From: the human T2T-CHM13v2.0 reference genome, Homo sapiens
Assembly (NCBI RefSeq): GCF_009914755.1
Contig: NC_060935.1
Reading direction: 5' to 3' (one strand)
DNA length: 64,000 nucleotides
In this document: one piece after another, positions 1 to 14,104 of the stretch
Position numbering within the stretch: the stretch's first letter is position 1
Layout of the letters: each line of letters starts with the position of its first letter
Translations under genes and position numbers: made by a program
Notes under the pieces: generated by a model
Databases searched by the model: none
Told to the model about the DNA's origin: nothing
What the model saw: the letters and a program-made list of their open reading frames with translations, nothing else

Positions 1-825
1 GTTGCAATGTTTGATCTTCATATCTGTCTGAGTTTCCAAGTAGCCAAAATTAACATAAATATAATAGTAGAGTTATACAGTTTTCAATGTATGTTAAACA
101 ATGCTTATTATAAAGAAGCAAGCCTTTCAGTTATTCATAGTAAGCAAAGTTTTCTCATAAAGTAAAAATCACTTCTAACTCATTTTCTCTTCCCCAAAGA
201 AACAAAAACAATTTACATGGAAATTTACATAGGAGTTACTGACAGATACCACTAGACAGAGCTTTTGCAAGAAGGAGAAAAGCTGTGTGTTTTTTATATA
301 AAGTGCTTAATTTTTTGTGTGTGTTATATCTCCATTATGGGATGCCTCTCATGTTACTGATTAGTTAACAAGGACCTGAGATATTTTTCTACTTAGAAGA
401 TTTTTCTGACTCCTGTTTAGAAGGTCAGTTAAGAAAATTAGGAGAGAGTAGGTAAGAAATGGTTTGACCGAGGGATGATACATAGGTGGGGTTACTGCAT
501 TTACTCTTGTATGCATATCCATGGCAGGCATAACTTCTGCATTATGGGACTCCAAAAAATTCAGATGTGGTGTGGTCTTTTTTTTTTTTTTTAAACTCAG
601 TGCTCAAGACTACCACTGTCATTTGACTAGCAATGACATATATAAAGAAATCTAATTTCCTTGGGGCTTTTACTAATTTTATATGCAGCTTATTCATTTT
701 CAATACTTTTTCCAAGGCTGAGAGACTACATAATGATTTAGGAACAACATCCTAGCTAGGGCTAAAGAGTATTTGTTTTTTGTATGTTCTCTTTGCATAT
801 ATTCCATTTAAAATTTTGAAGGTAG

Positions 826-3800
826 AAGGTGGAGCAAGAGGGTGGAATAGAAGCCTACATTCTTTGTCCCTCTCTGCTGTAACATCAAATTTTTAACAAC
901 CATCTGCACACAGAAAAGCACCTTCACAAGAACCAAAAAGCAGGTGAGCAATCGCAGTACCTGGTGTTAACTTAATATCATGGAAAGTGGCATTGAGGAA
1001 GCCAGGAGAGACAATCTAGAATCACCATTGCCATCTTTCCTCTATTCCCTTGCAGTGGCTGTGAAGCATGTAGAATCTGTGCACTTTGGGGAGGGAGAGT
1101 ACAGCGACTGGGAGACTCGGCATTGAACTCAGTGCTGCCCTGTCAAAGCAGAGAATAAAGCCATGCTAGGCTCGGCCAGTGCCTGCACACAGAGGGACCA
1201 TTTGGACCAGCCCTAGCCAGAGAAGAATCACCCATCCCAGCACTCAGAACATGAGTTTCTTACCAAGCCTCACCACTGCAGACTGAAGTGCTCTATAGTC
1301 CTAGGTAAACTTGAAAGGCAGTCTAGGGCACAGGACTGTAATTCCTAAGCAACTGCTAGTGCTAGCGTGGGCTTCGAGCCAGTGAACTGGGGTGGCATGT
1401 GACCTAGGGAGACATCAGCTGGCATGGGTAAGGGAGGACTTGCACTATCCCTCCCCCAGCCCCAGGCAGTGCAGCTTGTAGCAATGAAAGTGACTCCTTC
1501 CTTCTGCTTAAGAGGCGGAGAGTGAAGAGTAAAGCAGACTTTGTCTTGCATCTTGGATATCAGCTCAGCCATAGTAGGATAGGGTACCAGGCAGAGTTGT
1601 GAGACCCCCATTCCTGGCCCTAGTTCCTGGATGACATTTCTAGACTCACCCTGGGCCAAAAGAGAGCCAGTGTCTTGAAGGAAAAGACCCAGTCCTGGCA
1701 GGATTCATCACCTGCTAACTAAAGAGACCTTGGTATTTGAATAACCAGCAGTGATACTCAGGGAATATGCCATGGGCCTTGGGCTCTGAGACATGCTAGC
1801 TTTAGGAGAGACTCAGCATATTCCCAGCTGTGGTGGCTACAATGAAAGTCTCCTGTTTGAGAAAAACAGAGGGAAGAGTAAAGAAACTTTTTATTGCACC
1901 CTAGTTACCAGCTTGGTTACAGTGAGATATAGCAACAAGCAGGCCCAAGTCCAGGCCTAGGCTCTTGGACAGCATATCTGGGCCTGCCCTGGGCTATAAG
2001 GGAGGCCACTGCCCTAAAGGGTGAGTCCCAAGCTTGGCAGTATTCACCACAAACTGATAGAAGAGTCCTTGGGGTTTAAGCAAACATCAGCAGTGGCCTG
2101 GCAGAACCCCCCATGGACTGGTGGTGGTGGTGGCCACAGAAAGAGGCTCCTCTGCCTTTGGTAAGGGAGGGAAGAGTGGGAAGGACTTTGTATTGTGCTT
2201 TGAGTGCCAGCTTAGCTGCAGTAGAACAGAACATCAGGTAAGGCTTTTGACTCCAATTCCTGGCTCCTAGACAGCATCTGGGGACATACCCAGGGCCTGG
2301 GGGACTCACTATCCTGAAGGAAAAAGCCTTGGGCAAAACCCAGTGCTCTGCTGGCATCAAGTCTGACCCAGTTCAGTCCCAGTGGTGGTGGCCACGGGGT
2401 GCTTGCCTTACTCCCACTGTGCACACCAGTTCCAGGTGGATCAGCACAGAGAGAGTGAGACCCTGAGTATTTGGGAGAAAGTAAGGGAAAAGAACAAGAA
2501 TCTTTTCTGGGTAATCCAGAAAATTCTTTTGGATCCTATCGAAGACCAAGGCAAGTCGGCAAAAAGCACAGCATTATTAGGCGTGGGGCACATGTCCCTT
2601 TGAATACCTGGAAAGCCTTCCCAAGAAGGACAGGCACAAACAAGCCTACTGTGAAGATTACAAGTGCCTAACTCTTCAATGTTCAGACACTGAAGAACAT
2701 CTACAAGCATCAACACCATCTACAAAACATGACCTCACCAAATGAACTATATGAGCCACCAGGGTCCAATCCTGGAGAAACCGATATGTGACCTTTCAGA
2801 CGGAGAATTCAAAATAGCTGTTTTGAAGTAACTCAAATAATTTCAAGATAACACAGAGAAGAAATTCAGAATTTTATCAGATAAATTTAACAAAGAGATT
2901 GAAATAATTAAAAAGAATCAAGCAGAAATTATAGAGTTGAAAAATGCAATTGACATGTTTAAGAATGTATCAGAGACTTTTAATAGCAGAATTGATCAAG
3001 CTTCTGCTTGAAAGAATTAGTGAACTTGAAGACAGCCTATTTGAAAATACAGAGAGGAAAGAGAAGAAAAAAGAATACAAAGTGGCGAAGCAGCCTACAA
3101 GATCTAGACAATAGCTTCAAATGTGAAAATCTAAGAGTTGTTGGCATGAAAGAGGAGACAGAGAATGTGATAAAGGTAAAAAGTTTATTCAAAGAGACAA
3201 TAACAGAGAACTTCCCAAACCTAAAGAAAGACATTAATATTTAAGTACAAGAAGGTTATAGAACATTAAGCAGATCTAACCCAAAGAAGACTACCTCATG
3301 GCATTTAATAATCAAACTCCCAAAGGTCAATGATAAAGAAAGGATCCTAAAAGCAGCAAGAGAAAATAAACAAATACCATATAATAGAGCTCCAATACGT
3401 CTGGCAGCTAACTTTTCAGTGGAAACCTTACAGCCCAAGAAAGTGTGCCATGACATTTCAATTGCTGAAAGAAAAAAAACTTGTACCCTCGAATAGTATA
3501 GTATATCCACTGAAAATGTCCTTTATACAAGAAGGAGAAATAAAGTCCTTCCCAGACAAAAGTTGAGGATTTCATCAACACCAGACCTGTCCTACGAGAA
3601 ATGCTAAAGGGAATTCTTCAATCTGAAAGAAAAATATGTGAATGAGCAAGAAGAAATCATGTGGAGGTACGAAACTCACTGGTAATATTATATAGTAAGC
3701 ACACAGAAAAGCACAGATTAATATAATGCTGTAATTGTGACACATAAACTTCTCTTAAGTATAAAGACTAAATGATGGGCTAATCAAAAGTAATAACTAC

Positions 3801-6800
3801 AACAACTTTTGAAGACACAGACAGTACAATAAGACATAAACAGAAACAATAAAATGTTAAAAAGCAGAGAGATAAAGTGTAGTGTTTTTATTATTTTCTT
3901 TTTGCATGTTTGTTTATGCAATCAGTGTTAAGTTGTCATCAGTTTAAAATAATGGGTTATAAGATAGCACTTGCAAGCTTCGTGGTAATCTCAAACAACA
4001 TGCAACAGATATACAAAAAATAGGAAGCAAGAAATTAAAGCATATCAGTAGAGAAAATCACCTTCACTAAAAGGAAGACAGGAAAGAAGAAAAGAAGGAA
4101 GAGGATACCACAAAACAACCAGAAAAACCAATAACAAAATGGCAGGAGTATGTCCCCATTTATCAATAATGACACTGAATGTAAATGGTCTAAACTCTCC
4201 AATCAAAAGACATAGAGTGGCTGAGTGGATGAATAAACAGGACCCAACAATCTGTTGCCTAAAAGAAACACACTTCATCTATAAAGATACACATAGATTG
4301 AAAACAAAGGGATGGAAAAAGATATTCCATGCTAATGGAAACAAAAAAAGAGCAGGAGTATCTATACTTATATCAGACAGAATAGATTTCAAGAAAAAAA
4401 ACTGTAAGAAGAGACAAGGAAGGTCATTATATAATGATATGGGGTCAATTCAACAAAGGATATAACAATTATAAATACATACACACGCAACACTGGAGCA
4501 CACAGATATATAAAGCAAATATTATTAAAGCAAAAGAGAAAGGTAGATCTCAAGATAATAATAACTTGTGACTTCTACACCCCACTGTCAGCATTGGACA
4601 GATCGCCTAGACAGAAAATCAACAAGGAAACATCAGACTTTATCTGCACTATAGAGCAAATTGACCTAATAGATATTTACAGGACATTTCATCCAGTAGC
4701 TATAGAATACACATTTTTCTCCTCAGCACATGGATCCTTCTAAAAAATGGACCATATGTTAGACCATAAAACAAGCCTTAAATCATTCAAAAAATTTAAA
4801 ATAATATCAAGTATCTTCTCTAACCACAGTGGAATAAAACTACAAATCAGTAACAAGAGGAATTTTGGAAACAACACAAACACAAAGAAATTAAACAATA
4901 TGCTCCTGAATGACCAGTGGGTCAATGAAGAAATTAGGAAGGAAATTGAAAAAATTTCTTGAAACAAATAATGGAAACACAACATAGAAAAACCTATGGG
5001 CTACAACAAAAGCAGTACTCAAGAGAAACATTTATAGCTATAAGTAGCTACATCAAAAAAGAGGAGAAACTTTAAGTAAATAATGTAATGATGCATCTTA
5101 AATAATTATAAAACCAAGACCAAACCAAATGAAAAAATTACTAGAAGAAAATGAATAATAAAGATGAGATAAGAAATAAATGAATTTAAAATGAATAAAA
5201 AATACAAAAATCAAAATAAAAAGTTGTTTTTTTGACAAGTTAAACTAAATTGACAAACTTTTAGCCAGACTAAGAAAAAAAGACAGAAGACCCAAATAAA
5301 TAAAATCAGAGGTGAAAAAGATGTTATGACAGATACTGCAGAAATTAAAAAGATCATCAGTGACTAATATGAGCAACTATATGCCAATAAATCAGAAAGT
5401 CTAGAATAAATAGATACATTCCTAGACAAATACAACCTACCAAGATTGAACTAAGAAAAAATCTAAAACCTGACCAGACCAAGTAACGAGATCAAAGCCA
5501 TAATAAAAAGTCTCCCAGTAAAGAAAAGCTTGGGATCCAATAACTTCATGGCTGAATTCTACCAAATATTTAAAGAAGAACTAATACTAACCCTACTCAA
5601 ACTGTTCTGAAAAATAGAGGAGGAAGGAATACTTCCAAACTCATTCTATGAGGCCAGTATTACCCTGATACCAAAACTAGACAAAGACACATAAAAAAAA
5701 AGAAATTACAGGCCAATATCCTTGATGAATATTGATGCAAAAACACTTAATAAAATACTTGCAATCCAAATTCAAGAATACATTAAAAAGATTATCCATC
5801 ATGACCAAGTGGGATTTCTCCCAGGGATGCAAGGATGGTTCAACATACATGAATCAATCAATGTATACATTATATCATCAGAATGAAGGATAAAAACCAT
5901 ATGATCATATCAATTGATGCTGAAAAGTATTTGATAAAATTCAACCATCCTTTCATGAAAAAAAAAACCTCAAAAATTGAATATAGAGGGAACAAACATC
6001 AATATAATAAAAACCATATATGACAAACCCACAGTAAATGGGGAAAAGCTGAAAGCCTTTCCTCTAAGATCTGGAACATGACAAGGATGCCCACTTTCAC
6101 CCCTGTTATTCAACATAGTACTGGGAGTCTCAGCTAGAGGAATCAGAAAAGAGAAAGAAATAAAGGATTTGTCTAGGAATGTATCTATTTATTCTAGATT
6201 TTCTGATTTCCAAATTGGAAAGCAAGAAGTCAAATTAACCTTGTTTGCAGATGATAATATCTAATATTTGGAAAAACCTGAAGACTCCACCAAAAAACTA
6301 TTAGAACTGATAAACAAATTCAGTAAAGTTGTAGGATACAAAATCAACATAAAAAATCAGTAGCATTTCTATATGTCAACAATGAACAATCTGAAAAAAA
6401 ATTTAAAAAGTAATCCCATTTACAACAGCGACAAAGAAAATTAAATACTGAGTAATTAACCAAAGAAGCAAATGATCTCTGCAATCAAAACTAGAGAACG
6501 CTGATGAAAGAAATTGAAGAGGACACAAAAAATGGAAAGATATTCTATGTTCATAGATTGGAAAAATAAATATGGTTAAAATGTCTATACTCCCCAAAGC
6601 AATCTACAGATTCAGTATAATCTCTATCAAAATACCAATGACATTCTTCACAGAAATAGCAAAAACAATTCTTACACCACAGAAGACCCAGAATAGCCAA
6701 AGCTATTCTGAGCAAAAAGAACAAAACTGGAGAAATCACATTACCTGACTTCAAATTATACTGTAGAGCTACAGTAACCAAGACAGCATGATACCGGCAT

Positions 6801-8335
6801 AAAAACAGACACATAGACCAATGGAACAGAATAAAGAACCCAGAAATAAATCCACACATCTACAGTCATTTTCTACAAAGGTACCAAGAATAAACACTGG
6901 GGGGAAAACCAGTCTCTTCAATGAATGGTGCTGGAAAAACTGGATATCCATATGCAGGAGAATGAAACTTGACCCCGCCTCTAGCCTTATACAAAAATCA
7001 AATACAGATGGATTTAATACTTAAATTTAAAACCCCAAACTATGAAACTACTACAAGAAAACATTGGGGAAACACTCCAGGACATTGGTCTAGGCAATAA
7101 TTTCTTGAGAAATACCACATAAGCACTGGCACCCAAAGCAAAAACGGGCAAATGGGATCACATCAAGTTACACAGCTTCTGTACAATAAAGAATACAATC
7201 AACAAAGTGACAAGACAACCCACAGAATGGGAGAAAATATTTGCAAACTACCCCATCTGACAAGGGATTAATAACCAGAATAGCTCAAAACAACTCTATA
7301 GGAAAAAAATCTAATAATCTGATTAAAAATAGGCAAAATATTTTAATAGACATTTCTCAAAAGAAGACATGCAAATGGCAAACAGGTGTATGAAAAAGTG
7401 CTCAACATCATTGATCATCAGAGATATGCAAGCAGAACTACTGTGAGATGTCATCTCACCCCAGTTAAAATGGCTTTTTTTTCCAAAATTCAAGCAATAA
7501 CAAATGCTGATGAGGGCATGGAGCAAAAAGAACCCCCTTACACTTTTGAGGGGAATGTAAAATACTACAACCACTATGGAAAACAGCTTAAAAGTTTCTC
7601 ACAAAACTAAAAATAGAGCTACCATACGATATAGCAATCCCACTGCTGGATATATACACAAAAGAAAGGAAATCGGTATATCAAAGAGAAATTTGCACTC
7701 CCATGTTTATTGCAGCACTGTTCACAACAGCCAGGATTTGGAAGCCACCTAAGTAAGTGTCCATCAACAGATGAGTGGAAAAAGAAAAATGTGGTACCTA
7801 TAAACAATAAAAAACTATTAAACCATAACAAAGAATGAGATTCTGTCATTTTCAATGACATGGATGGAACTGGAGATCATTATGTTACGTAAAACAAGTC
7901 AGGCACAGAAAGACAACCATTGCATGTTCTCACTTATTTGTGGGAACTGAAAATTAAACCAATCGAACTCATGGACATAGAGCATAGAAGAGTGACTACC
8001 AGAGTCTGAGAAACTTACTGGGCAGATGAGAGGGATTTGGGGATGATTAATGGGTAAAAAAAAAAAAAAATTAGAAAGAATGAATAATACGTAGTATTTG
8101 ATAGCACAACAGAAGGACTATAGAAAATAATAATTTACTTTTACATTTTTAAATAATTAAAGAGTATAGTTGGATCGTTTGTAACAAAAAGGATAAACGC
8201 TTGAGGGGATGGATGCCAGATTTTCCATAATGTAATTATTATGCATTGTGTGCCTGTACCAAAATATCTCATGTACCCCATAAATATATATGCCTACTAT
8301 TTACCCACAAAAAATGTTAAAACATTAAAAAAAAT
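826..8335 (+). mobile_element. Near full-length, decayed LINE-1 (L1MA1-3-like): 5'UTR, ORF1, ORF2, 3'UTR, A-rich tail
   Basis: GC-richer 5'UTR about 830-2700; ORF1 remnants (3008..3244 ...ITENFPNLKKDINI); ORF2 start at 4139 (MAGVCPHLSIMTLNVNGLNSPIKRHR, endonuclease); RT-region sequence about 5700-6300; 3' end ATGTACCCCATAAATATATATGCCTACTATTTACCCACAAAAAA typical of L1MA1-3. Many stops and frameshifts. Confidence 0.92.
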
Positions 8336-9724
8336 TAGGGGGCATTTAGAAACAACTGTTGGGGAAATCAGAGTGTCAGGATGGCAGCCATTTTTTTCCC
8401 CAAAAGTACATCTAATACAATTTTAAAATATAATTAATATATATTTATTAAAACTTACGCTCTCCAGAGAAAACCTCTTTGTTTCTATCCATGCTTTGTA
8501 AGAACTTATTATATAAAATTCTGGGGAAAAAGTCAACAAATTCAAAACAACAGAAATGCCTTTAACCACAGCATAATAAAATTTGAAATTAATATGTGCA
8601 GTTTAAACACACCAACCTTATATTTTATATACCAATTTTTTAAAAGTCTTCTAAATAGCTAGAGTCAAAAAAGAATTCTTAGAATTAACGACAACTCCAA
8701 TAAATGAGAAACTTCCACACTGGCCATGAAGAATAACTGAGATCAGGTTAAGTCCCTGCTATAAACAACCAGAAACAAAAAAAAAATATTTAAAAACTAC
8801 TGCTTGGACACATTGGCAATAGGTAGGCTGAGTATGATCCCTGATAGAAGAGAAACAAATGAGGTGAGTCTTATAATTACATTGATTGTTCTCCCTGTTG
8901 GCACTTTCTAGACTATAAGTCAGAGAAGGGAATCCTTAACAGAGCACAGTAGTCTTACTGTGCTGAGGAGAGTTTGGGGAGGTGAAGGCACTTAGACTAT
9001 TTGGTACACATCTTCAGAGAGGAGGGGCGTCATATAGAGAAAGAACTCTATAAATTCTCATAGGAAGTTACCTTCAGTGTTTGACTGAACACCAGTGTTT
9101 GGGGTAGAACTCCACAAGGCCTAGCAAATAACAGCTGGAAAGCTACAAGGTAAAAACTTCTCAGAGCTCACAACCGTATGATCTTTTCATTTGACACAAT
9201 TGATCATCCATTTGTGAAAAAAATATGTTGCAAAGCAGGAAACGACACGTGATAAAAGCTTTGAAATTATTAAAAATCTATGTATTACTTCTCTATAATG
9301 ACTTGAAAGTCGTACTAAAATGGACCAACTTTAAGAGAAAATTTGTATTGAGTCAAAGAGGAATTTAAAGCACAAATAAATGAAAACTTTGAAAGAAATT
9401 GCTTCCAAAAGAAGATCCAAGTCTATATCACTGGTAAATTCTGTAAAAAGCATCAAGACGTAAATATTCCCGATACAGAAAATCTTGAGAGGACCTCCTA
9501 TTTATTAGGTATAATTCTGATACCAAAGCCTATCCAGATAGCTTGAAAAGTAAAGTCTGAAGACTGATTTCACCAATATAGATGTAAAAGTCCTAAAACC
9601 GACACTAACAAACCAAAGCAATGGCACATTAAAACGTCATCCAGAAAGTCTAGAATTTGTGTAATTAAGCAATCTATCAAATTTATGTCATACAAATTGA
9701 TTCTATTAGAAAATATTGATAATC

Positions 9725-9990
9725 TTGAATTTTTTTTCTTATTTCCATAAGTTTTTGGGGAACAGGTGGTATTTTGTTACATGAGTAACTCTTTAGTGAG
9801 ATTGTGGTGCACACATCACCCAAGCAGTATACACTGAACCCAATTTGTCATCTTTTATTCCTCAGCCCCTTCGACTCTTTGCCCCTGAGTGTCCAAAGTC
9901 CATTGTATCATTCTTATGCCTTCGCATCCTCATAGCTTAGCTCTCACTTATGAATGATAACATAACGATATTTTATTTTCCATTCCTGAG
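9725..9990 (-). mobile_element. 5'-truncated L1PB-type 3' end with target-site duplication
   Basis: T-rich start, then TTTTTGGGGAACAGGTGGTATTTTGTTACATGAGT...; flanked by TTAGAAAAT(A/G)TTGATAATC at 9706-9724 and 9991-10009. Confidence 0.88.
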
Positions 9991-10432
9991 TTAGAAAATG
10001 TTGATAATCATAATAAGTGCCTTGTGTTCTTCCAGGTTCTGATTTGAAACAAAGCAATAACAACCAAAAAACCTTTCAATATCTTTAATCATCTAATAAT
10101 AAAATGATCTTACCTCAACAAAGAAAAAAGCAATATTTAATATTAAAATCAGAGACTCAAGACAATAATGTTTGCTATCACCGTCGTTATCTAATATTTT
10201 CTGGATTTACAGCTAATTTTGAACCGGTGAAACCTATGTAAGTGTATTATTTTAAAAACAAGTAGAGCTTGGTCATACCGATAGAATTGACAGAATCTTC
10301 AATGGAATTGAATCAAAATTCTTAAAACAAAGTTTAATATATATATAGACAAACTTAGTATATGATTTTGTAAAAATCATAAACCAAAAGCGAAGTGGTA
10401 ATTTACACTAAAAACAGAGATTGAAAATTTAA

Positions 10433-10570
10433 CTTTTTTTTTTTTTTTTTAAAAGAAATGGAGTCTCAGTAAGTTGCCCAGACTTGTCTTGAACTCCTGG
10501 CCTCAAGCAACTCTCCCACCTTGACCTCTCAGAACACTGGAATTACAGGTGTGAGCCAACATGCCTGGCC
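10433..10570 (-). mobile_element. Alu monomer (FLAM-like)
   Basis: Poly-T followed by a single left-arm sequence ending GTGAGCCAACATGCCTGGCC. Confidence 0.85.
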
Positions 10571-13500
10571 TGAAATTTAGCCTTTTTTTTTTTTTTTTTT
10601 TTTTAGTAGAAAACTTTAACTCTTCAGTTAAGAAAATCCTGGACTCTGTAGATTTAAATAGAAAATTTAAAAATAAAGGAAAAATTTTAAATAAAGCAAT
10701 CCATACTAGGTGATATATGATGAACATTGGAATGGGTGAAGCCTTTTTAAACAGAAAAAAAAACAATGGAATAATATTTAAAAGACAAAAAAGTGATTTT
10801 TGACTGCTAACAGTTAAGAACATAATGTATATAAATTATAAATATGCATATCAACGCATATTCAAATGCACATTTACCTATTTATATATACATACACATA
10901 CTTATGTACATGTAATATGTGTTTTTGTATGTGCAAATAGAGCTATATTCTTAATAAATAACTCGTAATTTAGATAAACGCTACAAAAATAAATGTTGTA
11001 TGGGAAATCTGGGCAAAGAACAGAAAAGACATTAATACCAACATGAAAGTCATGGAAGAATTTTTAAAAGGCAAAGAAATGCTTATCCTTAATGATTAAA
11101 ATGCATATGAAAATGAGATTTTTTAGAAAACTCAATTGAAAATGATGTAGAAATTGATAATATTTACTGGAGGAAAGACTGATGAGATTGGATAGCTCAC
11201 ATATACCTCAACTCTATGTATTTTCTCAAAATCAGTCTATACAAACCATTCAGTAGAATTTACATATCTCTGAGGGATCTTTCTAAGACATCAGCAAATT
11301 TGAGGATTTTGTGCAGCATATAATTTACCTTATTAATATGTATTAAATATTATTCACTGTTTAAATGACCTTTTAAATCTTTAACAAGAATAGTTGTGCA
11401 AAAAGCAATTAGTAGAGAACATTAAAGTCAAATCTGGGCATAGGTTTGAAGTGGTTGGCTGGACTTTTACTTTTTCAGAGAATCGTTTTACATTTAAAAT
11501 TTTATCTGTATCGTAGGGTTATAAAACAGTATACAAGAGAAAGGCAGGAAAAAAGAATTTTAGAGACAGATGATTTCAAATGTAATCTTTGAATTATGGA
11601 ACTATGACATGGTGATGAGGAAGCATTTAATTTATCCTACTGGGATGTCTTACTTGGGTGATTGCCCTTTCAGGCCCTGATGCTGGGTGTGGTCCCCGGC
11701 GACTCTTGGCTTTGGAAAGCACCAGAGGTTCAGCTGCCCAGACCTTGGCATTTCCCTCCTACTCTATCAATAAATCTTTCTCACCAGAACTCGCCAACTT
11801 CAATTCTCCAAGGCTGTCTCAAGGGCCTGATGAAATCTTTGCAGTCTTAGAATGTATTTTGACTTGAATTTATATATCTATGATTACTACAAGGATATCT
11901 AAAATAGGAAGCTGCAGGTGAGTGAACCACAGCTATTTCATGTATTTCTTAAACTTTTTCTCATTCAGTTGGAGGTGTTCAAGCCTGAAATTATCCATTG
12001 AAAAATTCAGTGTGGAGTTTAGTCCTGGCCATGCCACTAACTGACCTTGTGAGCTTAGTGTGCTATTTCACTTCTCTGTGCCTTGACTTTATTATAATAG
12101 AGTCTAAGACCATTTTTTTTTCCTAATATGGTCTCTCCACTTTTAGGATGAAGAACAAGATTTAAAATTAGACTAAGGGTTTCCTCTTTAAATAGAATAA
12201 TTAAACAAAAGTTTTAAGCATCTGTAATTCTAGTAGGTAAGGGACAATTTCCAAATTTTAAATTATTACTCAAATTGAATGTTCAAATGCCACTGCTGGA
12301 CAGCTCTAAAGTCTGTGTGTAATTTCCTCATTTCCCTGATCATAAACCTTACCTAAAATAGAAACTCTTCAATCTGACATTTTAAGTTGAGGCCACAATC
12401 TGCCATCTGTTTACTTTTCCAATATTATCTCTTATCACAATTTCTATTTCAAACTGGGCATTTTGATTTGACTCGGATATATTCTCTGCATATTTTGTCT
12501 GTTCCTTCTTTCTGAAATGTATCATCTCTGTCCCACCCACATTTCTGACAGTCAAAAATCCTTTCCAAATTTTAAGATACAGCCACCATTATATTTATAT
12601 TCAAGATACTGCTACCTGGCATCTTCTAGGCACCAGGCTAAAAACTTTTTATACATCAGCTGATTTTATGCTTAAACCAACCCTACCGAGTACATGTTAT
12701 TCTCATTTTACAGTTTGTAAAATTGCAAGGGAGGAGTCATTGCCCACAACATACAGATTCAATTCAGAACAATTAGAGACTTTGCCCAGGAGTTCACAGT
12801 TAATGGGTGGCAAAGTCGGGGTCTGTACAGATGGCTCTGGGCCTCATAGCATACGCTACCCTCTTTATGAGAGCTCACTTCCATAGGGTTAGCAAATTGA
12901 GCACCTAGTAGGTGCCCGGTATAGAGATCCTGAGATGAAGGACACATACTCCTGCCCCCACGGTCTCACCATCCTCACATCTCCAAGAAGAAGGAGTTTC
13001 TTCCTTTCAGTTACACTATATATTTTAAATGTTAGAGACATTTCTTATATTTTAAATTTATTCTTAATTTTTATTTTATTAGTTTATCAAGTGATTATTT
13101 CTTTACCTTTATGTCTAAAATAAGATCTAAGAAGGTAGAGATCTTAAATAACTGATTCATCAATTCTTTTGGTTGCTAGTATTCTCTGCTTTACACAAAA
13201 TATTGAGAATAAATGATCACTGAATTGGATGGAATAGAAAATTCACACATGTATGTATAGAATTGTGCATATGTATGTTGAAGAGAAAAACAGTATGTCA
13301 GTGAAAAATAAAAAAAATACATTCTTGTTTCTAGTGATATGACTTATTACTATGAAGTCTCCATCATATCCATGGAAAGTTTCAGGTGTGATTCACCGGA
13401 GTAAACTTTTCTCCTTTAGTCTCACCTGTAACAGAGAATCTGCTTAAATCCAGACAGAGGCCTAACCAAATGTCAAGCCTTATATATTTACATATCTTGA

Positions 13501-13949
13501 ATTATTTGATACTAAAAATATCTCTGAGGAAAATTGGGAACATTTTATCATTTTCATTTTACAGACAGGAAAACTAAATTTGAGAGATACTAAGTGAATT
13601 CCCACGGCCACATATATTTTAGTGCAAAGGCTGAAGTACAATCCAGGTTTTCTAATGTAGTTTTCATAAGAATAGGTTTTTGTGAGACTGTTCAAAGGAG
13701 CAGAAGTCCAAATTAGTGCATTCTCTGGTGGTCTAGTCAGGACATCGCGTCCAACACTTCCAGGTTTTGTGGCTGATCTTACAAAATGTTTCACAATAGG
13801 CAAAGATAATTGAAGCTCCTGCCCATATTATGATTTTCCAAATAACTGTTTAGTGTAAGTGAGGCATTGATAAAGAATCTGAAGTAGCATCAACTCATTG
13901 TTAACACAGCTAACCTTGCAGATTATTAAAATGGAGCTTGATTTTTCTC

Positions 13950-14095
13950 AGTGTTCAGAAGAACTTTCTATGATGACGGGAATATTCTATATGTGCACTG
14001 TCCAACACAGTAGCCGCTAACCACATAGGGCTATTGAAAACACTTGAAACATGGCCAGTGCAACTTAAAAAAGTGATCTTTAAATTTAATTTAAT
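13950..14095 (+). mobile_element. MER3-like hAT-Charlie DNA transposon fragment
   Basis: AGAACTTTCTATGATGACGGGAATATTCTATATGTGCACTGTCCAACACAGTAGCC matches recalled MER3; cut off by the adjacent L1. Confidence 0.75.
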
Positions 14096-14104
14096 GAAAA
14101 AATT

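Larger units (their letters stand above)
8500..11210 (+). mobile_element. Highly diverged, fragmented old L1M (MC/MD/ME-age) remnants
   Basis: A-rich degenerate ORF2-like, 5'-end-like (about 8715-9170) and 3'-end-like segments, interrupted by younger inserts. Confidence 0.55.

Noticed and set aside
3008-7861. L1 ORF1/ORF2 fragments as possible active genes (also 43008-45011 and 48814-51201)
   Set aside because: Multiple stops and frameshifts; no intact retrotransposition machinery in the window.
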